Virus record (IMG/VR): IMGVR_UViG_3300035394_000065
Span: 1-35,505 of that record
Reading direction: 5' to 3' (one strand)
DNA length: 35,505 nt
Source of the DNA: a virus
Taxonomy: Duplodnaviria > Caudoviricetes
This document shows, piece after piece, positions 1 through 7,581 of this stretch (the first letter of the stretch is position 1; each line of letters opens with the position of its first letter). The notes under the pieces are model-generated. The model was not told where the DNA came from. It ran no database searches and was given only the letters and a program-made list of their open reading frames with translations. A program made the translations under genes and the position numbers.

Positions 1-129
1 ACATCGGTTTTGTGCAAGTGGGGCTGAATTGCTAAATTCAACAGCAGTAATACTAATCGGCTTTTGTGCTAAATTGAAACTTTCGTGTTCCAAATCCCAA
101 CCTGCACAAAGCCGAGAAACGTTATAAGC
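1..129 (-). mobile_element. attC-like hairpin site, truncated by window start
   Basis: Minus strand: GCTTATAAC right after the stop of ORF 134-325, arm CGGCTTTGTGCAGGTTGGG pairs with CCCCACTTGCACAAAACCG, then ATGT| at the window edge (expected GTTA). Same architecture as the five other sites. Confidence 0.7.
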
Positions 130-133
130 AACT

Positions 134-325
134 TTACTGAACGATGTACGAACGGCTTTTTTTATCATAAGAAACATTCTCATTCGATATTATTTTAACA
201 TTGCTAATTAGAATTTTACAAGGTTCATCTAAATACCAAATATGTTCAGGGTCGCTTTCGTGTATTATACCAGCTTCACAATATTGTGGTTTAATTCCTT
301 TTGGTTGAAAATATATTGTTTCCAT
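134..325 (-). CDS. hypothetical protein, possibly the C-terminal part of a frameshifted gene 134-642
   Basis: 63-aa ORF whose N-terminus METIYFQPKGIKPQY recurs in the upstream ORF; ends directly before the attC-like site. Confidence 0.6.
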   Translation of the reverse strand: METIYFQPKGIKPQYCEAGIIHESDPEHIWYLDEPCKILISNVKIISNENVSYDKKSRSYIVQ

Positions 326-632
326 AAATACGTCATCATTTGTGCCTTTGTAATAGACAGTTAATATTACTTTTCGTGTATTATATCAACTTCACAATAT
401 CGCGGGTTAATTCTTTTTGGTTGAAAATATATTGTTTTTATAAATAATTCGTCATTTGTGCCTTTGCAATAGATAGTTAATCTTACTTTTTCGTGTATTA
501 TATCAGCTTTATAATATTGTGGTTTAATTCCTTTTGGTTGAAAATATATTGTTTCCATAAATACGTCGTCATTTGTGCCTTTGCTATAGACAGTTAATCT
601 TACTTTTTTGTGTATTATATCAGCTTTACAAT
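256..632. repeat. tandem repeat, about 3.2 copies of 117 bp (39 codons)
   Basis: Copies start at 256, 372, 489 and 606 (tttcgtgtattata...); periods 116, 117, 117. Confidence 0.95.
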
Positions 633-642
633 CTTTTGACAT
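367..642 (-). CDS. hypothetical repeat protein (39-aa repeat)
   Basis: 91-aa ORF built from repeats ADIIHEKVRLTxYxKGTNDxxFxxTIYFQPK; A-rich leader upstream. Confidence 0.55.
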   Translation of the reverse strand: MSKDCKADIIHKKVRLTVYSKGTNDDVFMETIYFQPKGIKPQYYKADIIHEKVRLTIYCKGTNDELFIKTIYFQPKRINPRYCEVDIIHEK

Positions 643-667
643 ATTATTTTAATTTTAGTTATTGTTA

Positions 668-835
668 TCAATCAATTATTTGCGATTTATCAAAAATTGC
701 TAAAGGTTCTAATTTTGGGTACTTTATTTTAAATAACAAAATAGCATCAATCATTTTTTTTGCTTCAAAATTCTCCCCAGTCGTTAACTGAGGTACTTTT
801 TGTATTTCCCAAATTATGTGAAATGTTTTTTTCAT
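668..835 (-). CDS. small hypothetical protein (55 aa, MKKTFHIIWEIQ...), not in ORF track
   Basis: Translated by hand; ATG preceded by the phage leader AAACAATTAAAAAAAACAATT. Confidence 0.65.
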   Translation of the reverse strand: MKKTFHIIWEIQKVPQLTTGENFEAKKMIDAILLFKIKYPKLEPLAIFDKSQIID

Positions 836-856
836 AATTGTTTTTTTTAATTGTTT

Positions 857-885
857 ACAATTAGGATTATAATAATCCTAATTGT
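857..885. terminator. perfect 14-1-14 palindrome at gene end
   Basis: ACAATTAGGATTAT-A-ATAATCCTAATTGT overlapping the stop of 867-1022. Confidence 0.5.
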
Positions 886-1022
886 TTTCTAAATACTTCT
901 ATAACTAACATTTTAGCGTCTTTCTCAGATAAACCAAATCTCATTGCTTTGTTTACCTTAGACATATAAAATTCTTTTAATTCTTGTTCTGTCATTCCGA
1001 TAATTTCTGCTAATCTTTTCAT
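867..1022 (-). CDS. small early protein (51 aa, MKRLAEIIGMTEQELKEF...), not in ORF track
   Basis: Translated by hand; directly downstream of a consensus promoter and the leader AAACAATTAAAAAAGGAATT. Confidence 0.7.
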   Translation of the reverse strand: MKRLAEIIGMTEQELKEFYMSKVNKAMRFGLSEKDAKMLVIEVFRKQLGLL

Positions 1023-1024
1023 AA

Positions 1025-1120
1025 TTCCTTTTTTAATTGTTTCAACAAATATAGTAATATTATTTAATTAAATACAAATAAAAATTAAAAATAAATGCAA
1101 TTTATAATCATTCTAAATAA
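1025..1120 (-). promoter_or_regulatory. early promoter copy 1 with upstream Fur/PerR-like palindrome
   Basis: -7 TATATTTG (1046-1053), -33 TTTG (1075-1078), 21-nt spacer; palindrome ATTTATAATCATTCTAAAT at 1100-1118; about 95-bp element repeated at 8966-9066 and 33939-34041. Confidence 0.8.
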
Positions 1121-1155
1121 GAAAGCCGTATAAATAATATATATATACGGCTTTC
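1121..1155 (-). terminator. intrinsic terminator-like hairpin
   Basis: GAAAGCCGTATA ... TATACGGCTTTC 12-bp stem followed by TTATTT on the minus strand. Confidence 0.6.
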
Positions 1156-1197
1156 AACCTAAAAACAATTAAAAAAAAATTCTATGGATAGAATCGA
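1121..1197 (-). ncRNA. candidate ~75-nt small RNA
   Basis: -7 element TATATTTG at 1200-1207 (minus), 5' hairpin 1179-1194, U-rich middle, terminator 1121-1155. No clear -33 element. Confidence 0.4.
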
Positions 1198-1263
1198 AAC
1201 AAATATATATTTTTTCTAATCAATAAAGCATATAAATAGTAAAATACAAAGATATTTATTGAA

Positions 1264-1577
1264 TCCGTGACGTAAAAACACGTTACGTCATATTACGTCA
1301 TGCGTTACGTCATGCGTTAACACGCTGTAAATTAGTACTTTATGCGTTTTCGTGACGTAATTCCACGTTTATACCTACTCATACTATATAAAAAAGTGTA
1401 TGCACACTCTCCCGAGCCAAAAAGTAGGCGAGAGAATTTTTTTAAAAAAAAAGTTTTGAAAAATGACAAAAAACGTGGAATTACGTCACGGAGGTAGTTA
1501 ACCTGCTTAAAACCAGCCAGTTAAGGCGTGACGTAAAACATGACGTAACATGACGTAACGTGTTTTTACGTCACGGA
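1264..1577. repeat. putative replication origin: 10 TGACGTAA octamers in a mirror-symmetric array
   Basis: Outer arms 1264-1312 and 1529-1577 (46/49), inner arms 1351-1370 and 1471-1490 (20/20), common centre 1420.5; non-coding, upstream of primase-helicase. Confidence 0.75.
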
Positions 1578-1621
1578 ATTGAAAAAATTTGTTAAAATGT
1601 ATTGTATTTGATTAATGTTTA

Positions 1622-1629
1622 TATATTTG
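1622..1629 (+). promoter_or_regulatory. Bacteroidota -7 promoter element for the replication operon
   Basis: TATATTTG 120 nt upstream of the primase ATG. Confidence 0.55.
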
Positions 1630-1748
1630 CAATGTAATAACGACCATAATCGAAAATATTTATATAGATTTTAAAACGTTGTTGAGTGAAAAATTCTTTG
1701 CCTCTTGGTCGTGGCTAGCTCAACAATGTTTTTAATAAATAGCGACCC

Positions 1749-4130
1749 ATGAGTAAAGTATCTAAGTTTAAAAAATTAACAGATGTAACCCCCGAAAGGT
1801 ATTCTTCAGGTGTTGAGCAAGTTCTGCAATCTATAAAAAATGGATTGTTTAAAAATGAAATTGAAGCTATTAGATTAACACAATCTAAAATTGAAAAGGA
1901 TGAACTTAAGAAAAAATTAACGTCAACAACCTTTGGGGGTACTTTTGAAAAACGTTCAAAGAATGGATTAATAAAAGCGTCTGGTTTCATGATTATAGAC
2001 TTTGATAAGTTGATTGAACCATCAATTTTTAGAGATGATTTACAATTAAATGATACTATTTACTCTGCTTGGATTTCGCCAACTGGCACAGGTGTTAAGG
2101 CTCTTGTTAAAATACCAATAGTAAAATCAAATGACCAATATGCAAGCTATTACAATGCTTTCGTTAATGCTTTGAATTGTGATGAGGTAGATAAAAGTGG
2201 TAAGGATATTTCAAGACTTTGCTTTGATAGTTACGACCCTAATTTATGGATAAATGATAATTCTAAAATATGGACTGATTTCGATGTTTTCGAACTTGAA
2301 AAGCCTATAATTAATCATGAAATAGTAACTGTACCATGCACCGATTCTGATGAAATTGTGCGTAGATTATTAAAGTGGTTTGAAAAGAAATACAACCCCT
2401 CTGAGAGGAATAATTCTATAAATACATTAGCGTTCACTTTCAATTTATTTGGCGTTGATATTACAATTTGTAAAAATATTTGTCTTAGATACGAGCAAAA
2501 GGATTTTCGAGCAAATGAAATAATAAAAACAGTTGAATCCGCTTATTCAAAAAAAGAGCTTTTTAATACTGAAAAATTTGAAGACAAAAAGAAACGTGAT
2601 TTCATTACATCCTTTTCAAGAGGTAAAGATATAAACGAGGTAAAAAAAAAATTTAAGGAAGTAGCTCCAGAAGTTATTGAAGAGCTTTGTAATAATTCAA
2701 AAGATATACATTTTTGGGAAGAAAAGGAAAACGGAACAATTAGAATAGTACACAATTATTATAGAGATTACTTACATCATTTGGGTTTTAATAAAATACT
2801 TTTTTCAAACGCTACAAAAGTAGTTTCATTCATTCGTAAAGAGGGAAAATTCGTAAAGGAATACCAACCCGAAGAGGTTAAAGATTTTGTACTTTCAGAC
2901 ATTGAAAATAGGGGGGAAATGGATGTGTGGAATATATTAGCAGGAAACACTAAGTATTTTTCTGATGGGTATTTATCTATGCTCGAATCTAAAATAGTTG
3001 ACGTAGAAAAGGATGGACAGGATTATGCTTTATTTTATTTTCAAAATACCGTTGTTAAGGTTACTGTAGATAATGTAGAATTGATTGATTATAATGAATT
3101 GCCTAAATCAGTTTGGGAGACACAAGTATTAAAGCGTGACTTTAAAAAAACAGACCACCATAATTCAGATTTCAGAACTTTTATTTGGAATGCGTGCGGA
3201 AAGAATGTAGACAATTACAACGCCTTTAAGTCTATTATAGGGCGTATGCTACACACTTATAAAACAACCGTAGAGAATAGAGCTATAATAGCAAACGATG
3301 ACGATATGAGTGAAACCCCCAACGGTGGAAGCGGAAAGTCTCTGTTATGGGTTGCAATTGGTAAATTTAGGAAAGTGTCGGAGATAGACGGCAAAAACTT
3401 TGATTTTTCAAAGTCATTCAATTACCAAACAGTTCCAATAGATACGCAAGTTTTGGTTTATGATGATATAGCTAAAAACTTTGATTTTGAAAAGCTGTTT
3501 TCGGTTATTACAGGAGGTCTGACAGTTGAATATAAATCACAGAATGCCATTAAATTAGATGTAACTGAGTCGCCTCAAATATACATTACAACTAATTATG
3601 CTTTAAAAGGTCTTGGCGGTTCTCATGATAGGCGAAAGCATGAGGTTGAATTTAGTTCACATTATAACGCTAATTTTTCACCTGAAGATGAATTTAATAA
3701 AAGATTCTTCGACCAGTGGAATGATGATGAATGGTCTGCATTTGACAATTATATGATTAATTGCTTACAATACTTTTTAGAAAATGGATTAGTAAAGCAG
3801 TCATTAACGTCAATAAAAGATAAGAAATTTAGAACAGAAACATCGAATGATTGGTTTAATTTCTGCAAAGAACAAAGGCTAACTATAAACAAAAGATATT
3901 ATAATACATCTTTAAAAGAAGCGTTTTTAGAAGAAAATGACCATTATAAAGATTTTACTAATAAAACTTATCAGAAATGGATGCAAGCATTTGCATTATG
4001 GAAGCATTGGAACTTGGTAGATGGTAGAGACCATTTAGGTAGGTACAAAGAATTTAATGATGGTGGCGAAAATATTTCATCGGTTGATGAAGTTACTTTG
4101 AATGACATATCAGATGAAATACCGTTTTGA
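1749..4130 (+). CDS. primase-helicase (BT4734/VirE_N-like primase domain, PriCT-like region, P-loop helicase)
   Basis: SGFMIIDFD, WISPTGTGVK and DKSGKDISRLCFDSYDP motifs; ERNNSI; Walker A GGSGKS; Walker B VLVYDD; YITTN. Confidence 0.85.
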   Translation: MSKVSKFKKLTDVTPERYSSGVEQVLQSIKNGLFKNEIEAIRLTQSKIEKDELKKKLTSTTFGGTFEKRSKNGLIKASGFMIIDFDKLIEPSIFRDDLQLNDTIYSAWISPTGTGVKALVKIPIVKSNDQYASYYNAFVNALNCDEVDKSGKDISRLCFDSYDPNLWINDNSKIWTDFDVFELEKPIINHEIVTVPCTDSDEIVRRLLKWFEKKYNPSERNNSINTLAFTFNLFGVDITICKNICLRYEQKDFRANEIIKTVESAYSKKELFNTEKFEDKKKRDFITSFSRGKDINEVKKKFKEVAPEVIEELCNNSKDIHFWEEKENGTIRIVHNYYRDYLHHLGFNKILFSNATKVVSFIRKEGKFVKEYQPEEVKDFVLSDIENRGEMDVWNILAGNTKYFSDGYLSMLESKIVDVEKDGQDYALFYFQNTVVKVTVDNVELIDYNELPKSVWETQVLKRDFKKTDHHNSDFRTFIWNACGKNVDNYNAFKSIIGRMLHTYKTTVENRAIIANDDDMSETPNGGSGKSLLWVAIGKFRKVSEIDGKNFDFSKSFNYQTVPIDTQVLVYDDIAKNFDFEKLFSVITGGLTVEYKSQNAIKLDVTESPQIYITTNYALKGLGGSHDRRKHEVEFSSHYNANFSPEDEFNKRFFDQWNDDEWSAFDNYMINCLQYFLENGLVKQSLTSIKDKKFRTETSNDWFNFCKEQRLTINKRYYNTSLKEAFLEENDHYKDFTNKTYQKWMQAFALWKHWNLVDGRDHLGRYKEFNDGGENISSVDEVTLNDISDEIPF

Positions 4131-4131
4131 C

Positions 4132-5367
4132 ATGAAGGAGTTACGAGATTATCAAAATGAATTATCATTAAAAGGAGCTTCCATTTTAAATAATTTAAAA
4201 ATACTTTATTTAATGATGGAGGTGCGAAGTGGTAAAACGGCAACGGCTTTAAATATATGTAAATTAAATAATTTTAAAGAAGTTGCATTTATAACAAAAA
4301 AGAAAGCTATTCAATCAATTGAAAACGATTACAAAGATTTTGGATTTAACAACTATTTCAATTTAACGGTTATAAATGACGAATCTTTACATAAATTAGT
4401 TGGAAATTTCGATGCTGTCATACACGATGAGCATCACCGTTTTGGAGCTTTTCCTAAACCTAATATGTCGGCAAAGTTATTCAAAAAGATGTTTGGTAAG
4501 TTGCCTCAAATTTATTTAAGCGGAACTCCTTTCCCCGAAAGTTATTCTCAGGTTTATCACCAATTTTGGACGAGTGAAAACACACCTTTTAAACATTACA
4601 CAACATTTTATAAATGGTCTTATGACTTTGTTAATGTAAAAGATAAGCATTTAGGCTTTGCAGTTGTTAAGGATTACTCGGAGGCTAATTATAACAAAAT
4701 TAAACCAATTATAGACCCTTATTGTATAACCTTTACACAAAAGCAAGCAGGATTTGAAACCTCAGTAATTGAAAAGGTACTTTATTGTGATATGAATCCA
4801 TCAACAAACATATTAATAAAATCTTTAATTAAAAACAAGGTAATCGAGGGAAAAGAAGAAGTCATTTTAGCGGATACGGGCGTAAAATTACAGAACAAAA
4901 TACATCAATTATCCAGCGGAACGGTTATCTTTGAAAGTGGAAATTCAAAAGTTTTAGACTACTCAAAAGCTGAATTTATAAAAGAACAATTCAAAGATAA
5001 AAAGATAGCAATATTTTATAAATTCAAAGAAGAATATAATGCTTTAAAATGTATATTTGGCGAATCACTTACAAACAATCTTGAGGATTTTAACAATACG
5101 AGTAAATCAATAGCCTTGCAAATAGTTTCAGGACGTGAGGGCATATCGTTAAAAAATGCCGAATTCCTGGTTTATTATAATATCGACTTTTCGGCAGTTA
5201 GTTACTTTCAAAGTAGAGACAGACTAACGACAATGGAACGGAAAACAAACTACATTTTTTGGATATTCTCAAAAGGTGGCATAGAAGAAAAAATATATAA
5301 ATCAGTTATGAATAAAAAGGATTATACATTAAACGTTTTTAAAAAGGATTTCAATGTCAAAATATAA
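4132..5367 (+). CDS. SF2 (SNF2/DEAH-like) helicase
   Basis: Q motif LRDYQ, Walker A VRSGKT, DEHH, LSGTP, REGISL, QSRDR; start taken at ATG 4132 just after the primase stop. Confidence 0.85.
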   Translation: MKELRDYQNELSLKGASILNNLKILYLMMEVRSGKTATALNICKLNNFKEVAFITKKKAIQSIENDYKDFGFNNYFNLTVINDESLHKLVGNFDAVIHDEHHRFGAFPKPNMSAKLFKKMFGKLPQIYLSGTPFPESYSQVYHQFWTSENTPFKHYTTFYKWSYDFVNVKDKHLGFAVVKDYSEANYNKIKPIIDPYCITFTQKQAGFETSVIEKVLYCDMNPSTNILIKSLIKNKVIEGKEEVILADTGVKLQNKIHQLSSGTVIFESGNSKVLDYSKAEFIKEQFKDKKIAIFYKFKEEYNALKCIFGESLTNNLEDFNNTSKSIALQIVSGREGISLKNAEFLVYYNIDFSAVSYFQSRDRLTTMERKTNYIFWIFSKGGIEEKIYKSVMNKKDYTLNVFKKDFNVKI

Positions 5368-5605
5368 ACAAAAAATAAGGAAAGAATATGAAGCAACAGG
5401 ACACCTCGTTATTGGACTTATTCGATGCAACTCAAACGGATTCGCTGACCTCATCGCCATTAAAGACGGAAAAGCAACGCTCATTGAATGTAAAGAAAAA
5501 AAAGATAGAATTACCTGGCTACAATTATTTAGAGGAAGACAAGTCAAAAAATATGGAGCAGATTTTGTCATCAAACAAGATGGAAATCCCGACAGGAGTG
5601 TTTAA
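5354..5605 (+). CDS. small PD-(D/E)XK nuclease (VRR-NUC/resolvase-like)
   Basis: NGFADLIAIKDGKATLIECK motif, adjacent to the helicase. Confidence 0.7.
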   Translation: MSKYKQKIRKEYEATGHLVIGLIRCNSNGFADLIAIKDGKATLIECKEKKDRITWLQLFRGRQVKKYGADFVIKQDGNPDRSV

Positions 5606-5783
5606 CGGCTCACTTCCAGAAAATATAATAATAAATAACGAGAAATGGATATGTACCGCCACAGGAACAGTTAATGAACTTACATACGATAGGATTAAAA
5701 ACACAATAACAAACGAAGTGAAAACAGTTGAAAGAAAAAAATTGTTAAATTTTTTGAATAATCAGTTGCTAATTAAAAAATAA
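5580..5783 (+). CDS. hypothetical protein
   Basis: Internal ATG of track ORF 5388-5783, which avoids a full overlap with the nuclease. Confidence 0.55.
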   Translation: MEIPTGVFNGSLPENIIINNEKWICTATGTVNELTYDRIKNTITNEVKTVERKKLLNFLNNQLLIKK

Positions 5784-5824
5784 TAATTATATTTGAGCAT
5801 TATTAACAATTAAAAAAAAAAGTT

Positions 5825-6484
5825 ATGAGTAGAAAATCAGAATTTCAGTCTAATTATGAAAAACCAGCATCAAAGTATTTAGACTGGTCAAGCGACGACA
5901 AATGTTTCAAGTATTGGGATGGTCAAGCAAAACAAAGTATTGAATTGCCTATTAAATTTTTAGTATTAAAAGAAGCACACACCGTAAAAGGATGGCATGA
6001 CAAATCAAAGTCTGGAATTTGGTCAAATGAGATTAAGAATATAGGTTCGGATATTTTAGAGGTTAAAGCTTTTAAAGGTGGTATTCTTGCAAAAGGTGTT
6101 TATAAAGAAATTAAAGAAATAATTAACAACGTAGGTGGACACTATTCAAAATCTATTTATGTTATGCTTCAAAACGGTGAAACTGTGAATATTCAACTTA
6201 AAGGTTCTGCAGTACAATCATGGGGCGATACTTTTCAAAAGTCAAGAGCGAGGATGTCTGACGAGTGGATAACTTGTTTTGGTAGCGAAGAACTACAAAA
6301 AGGAAAGGTTAAGTATTCAATACCTTTATTCAAATTTGAGGGCAGTTTAAACGCACAAGAGAACGATTTGGCAGATAAGTGTTATAACAACCTTGTGAGT
6401 GCATTAGAATCAAAAATAAGCGATAATAATGAAGAAATAGAAGATAATATCGAAGAGTTGTTAAATGATAATATTGATTTTTGA
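5825..6484 (+). CDS. hypothetical protein, possible ssDNA-binding protein
   Basis: 219 aa, aromatic-rich core, acidic tail ending NDNIDF; strong leader AACAATTAAAAAAAAAAG. Confidence 0.5.
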   Translation: MSRKSEFQSNYEKPASKYLDWSSDDKCFKYWDGQAKQSIELPIKFLVLKEAHTVKGWHDKSKSGIWSNEIKNIGSDILEVKAFKGGILAKGVYKEIKEIINNVGGHYSKSIYVMLQNGETVNIQLKGSAVQSWGDTFQKSRARMSDEWITCFGSEELQKGKVKYSIPLFKFEGSLNAQENDLADKCYNNLVSALESKISDNNEEIEDNIEELLNDNIDF

Positions 6485-6708
6485 TGGGAGCAAGTAGTAG
6501 AACATTTCTAAATTGTCGAATGGAGCAGGAGTATTATAACTCCCTCTCCATTGATATAAGAGATAACATAGAAATAAGATATGCAGAAGTTGATGGCATA
6601 GATTACTCAAAAGACGAACTTTGGCAATCACTTAAAAAAGAATCAAACAAAGCGTATTTAAACCTTAAAAATAGAGAATACGATATTAGACACAATTTTA
6701 AAAAATAA
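6484..6708 (+). CDS. hypothetical protein
   Basis: TGATG-coupled to the upstream gene. Confidence 0.65.
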   Translation: MGASSRTFLNCRMEQEYYNSLSIDIRDNIEIRYAEVDGIDYSKDELWQSLKKESNKAYLNLKNREYDIRHNFKK

Positions 6709-6712
6709 ATAT

Positions 6713-6922
6713 ATGAATATCAAACAATCACTTACAGAGTACGTAGTTAAAGAAATTATGAACTATTTTGAAAGAACTGGTAAACTTGAAACACAACTAG
6801 CTAAAGAATGTGGAATACAACCAAATCACTTGAAAATGTTTATGTTGGGTATAACATCAATAAAGCTCGTTACAGCAGATAAAATACTAAACGTAATACA
6901 TAAAGAAACACAGTCTATTTAA
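6713..6922 (+). CDS. Cro/XRE-like helix-turn-helix protein
   Basis: ETQLAKECGIQPNHLKMFMLG...IKLVTADKI pattern. Confidence 0.6.
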   Translation: MNIKQSLTEYVVKEIMNYFERTGKLETQLAKECGIQPNHLKMFMLGITSIKLVTADKILNVIHKETQSI

Positions 6923-6937
6923 TTAGATTAAAAAAAA

Positions 6938-6977
6938 GCAAAAAGATAGTTTTTAAATTATCTTTTTGCTAACTTTG
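6938..6977 (+). promoter_or_regulatory. inverted repeat plus -7 element before the packaging operon
   Basis: GCAAAAAGATA...TATCTTTTTGC (6938-6969) followed immediately by TAACTTTG (6970-6977). Confidence 0.5.
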
Positions 6978-6982
6978 CTTTT

Positions 6983-7183
6983 ATGAAAATATTTTTAGGA
7001 TTAATATATATTATATTGGTTTCATTTATCTATTATATAGATAGGGTAATAGTAGCTTTTTTATTTTGGCTAAAAACATACAACCTAAAAACATGGCTAA
7101 AAAATAGAAATAATATAGTATACTCAATTATTAGAATATTTTTTATAACATTATTATTTTTACTAATTAAATACTTAATATAA
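6983..7183 (+). CDS. small membrane protein
   Basis: Two hydrophobic segments; coupled to terS by TAATG. Confidence 0.55.
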   Translation: MKIFLGLIYIILVSFIYYIDRVIVAFLFWLKTYNLKTWLKNRNNIVYSIIRIFFITLLFLLIKYLI

Positions 7184-7581
7184 TGCCAGCAGGAAGACCC
7201 TTAGAAGATTTAAGTTCTTTGCCAGAAAATTGGTATGAAAAAATATTAGATTTATACGAAGAGGGAGGCTCAGACGTTGAAGTTAAAGCAATGATTTATA
7301 AATGGAGGGGCGCATTTTCTAACTCTTTATGGAATAGATGGCTTGAAGAATATGAAGAATTTTCGCAAACCGTTAAAGGCGGAAAGCTACTTTCAGAGGC
7401 TTGGTGGAATAGTAAAGGGCGCAAAAATCTTGAAAATAAAGAGTTTTCATTTAATGGTTGGTATATGCAAATGAAGAACCGTTTTGGATGGACAGACCGC
7501 ACCGACCACACCACAGATAGTAAACCTTTGAGTAATACGATTAAAGTTGAAATAATACAACCTATTGATGACGATGAATAA
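7183..7581 (+). CDS. terS: terminase small subunit
   Basis: MPAGRP start, MKNRFGWTD motif, coupled directly to terL. Confidence 0.75.
   Translation: MPAGRPLEDLSSLPENWYEKILDLYEEGGSDVEVKAMIYKWRGAFSNSLWNRWLEEYEEFSQTVKGGKLLSEAWWNSKGRKNLENKEFSFNGWYMQMKNRFGWTDRTDHTTDSKPLSNTIKVEIIQPIDDDE

Noticed and set aside
256-632. Diversity-generating retroelement TR/VR pair
   Set aside because: Differences between copies are not confined to adenines, copies are tandem, and no reverse transcriptase is present.
573-791. Plus-strand ORF 573-791
   Set aside because: Antisense to the leftward early operon, where 668-835 and 367-642 have proper leaders.
1264-1577. Protelomerase target, or MITE/IS ends
   Set aside because: The centre is not a perfect palindrome, there is no protelomerase or transposase, and no target-site duplication is evident.
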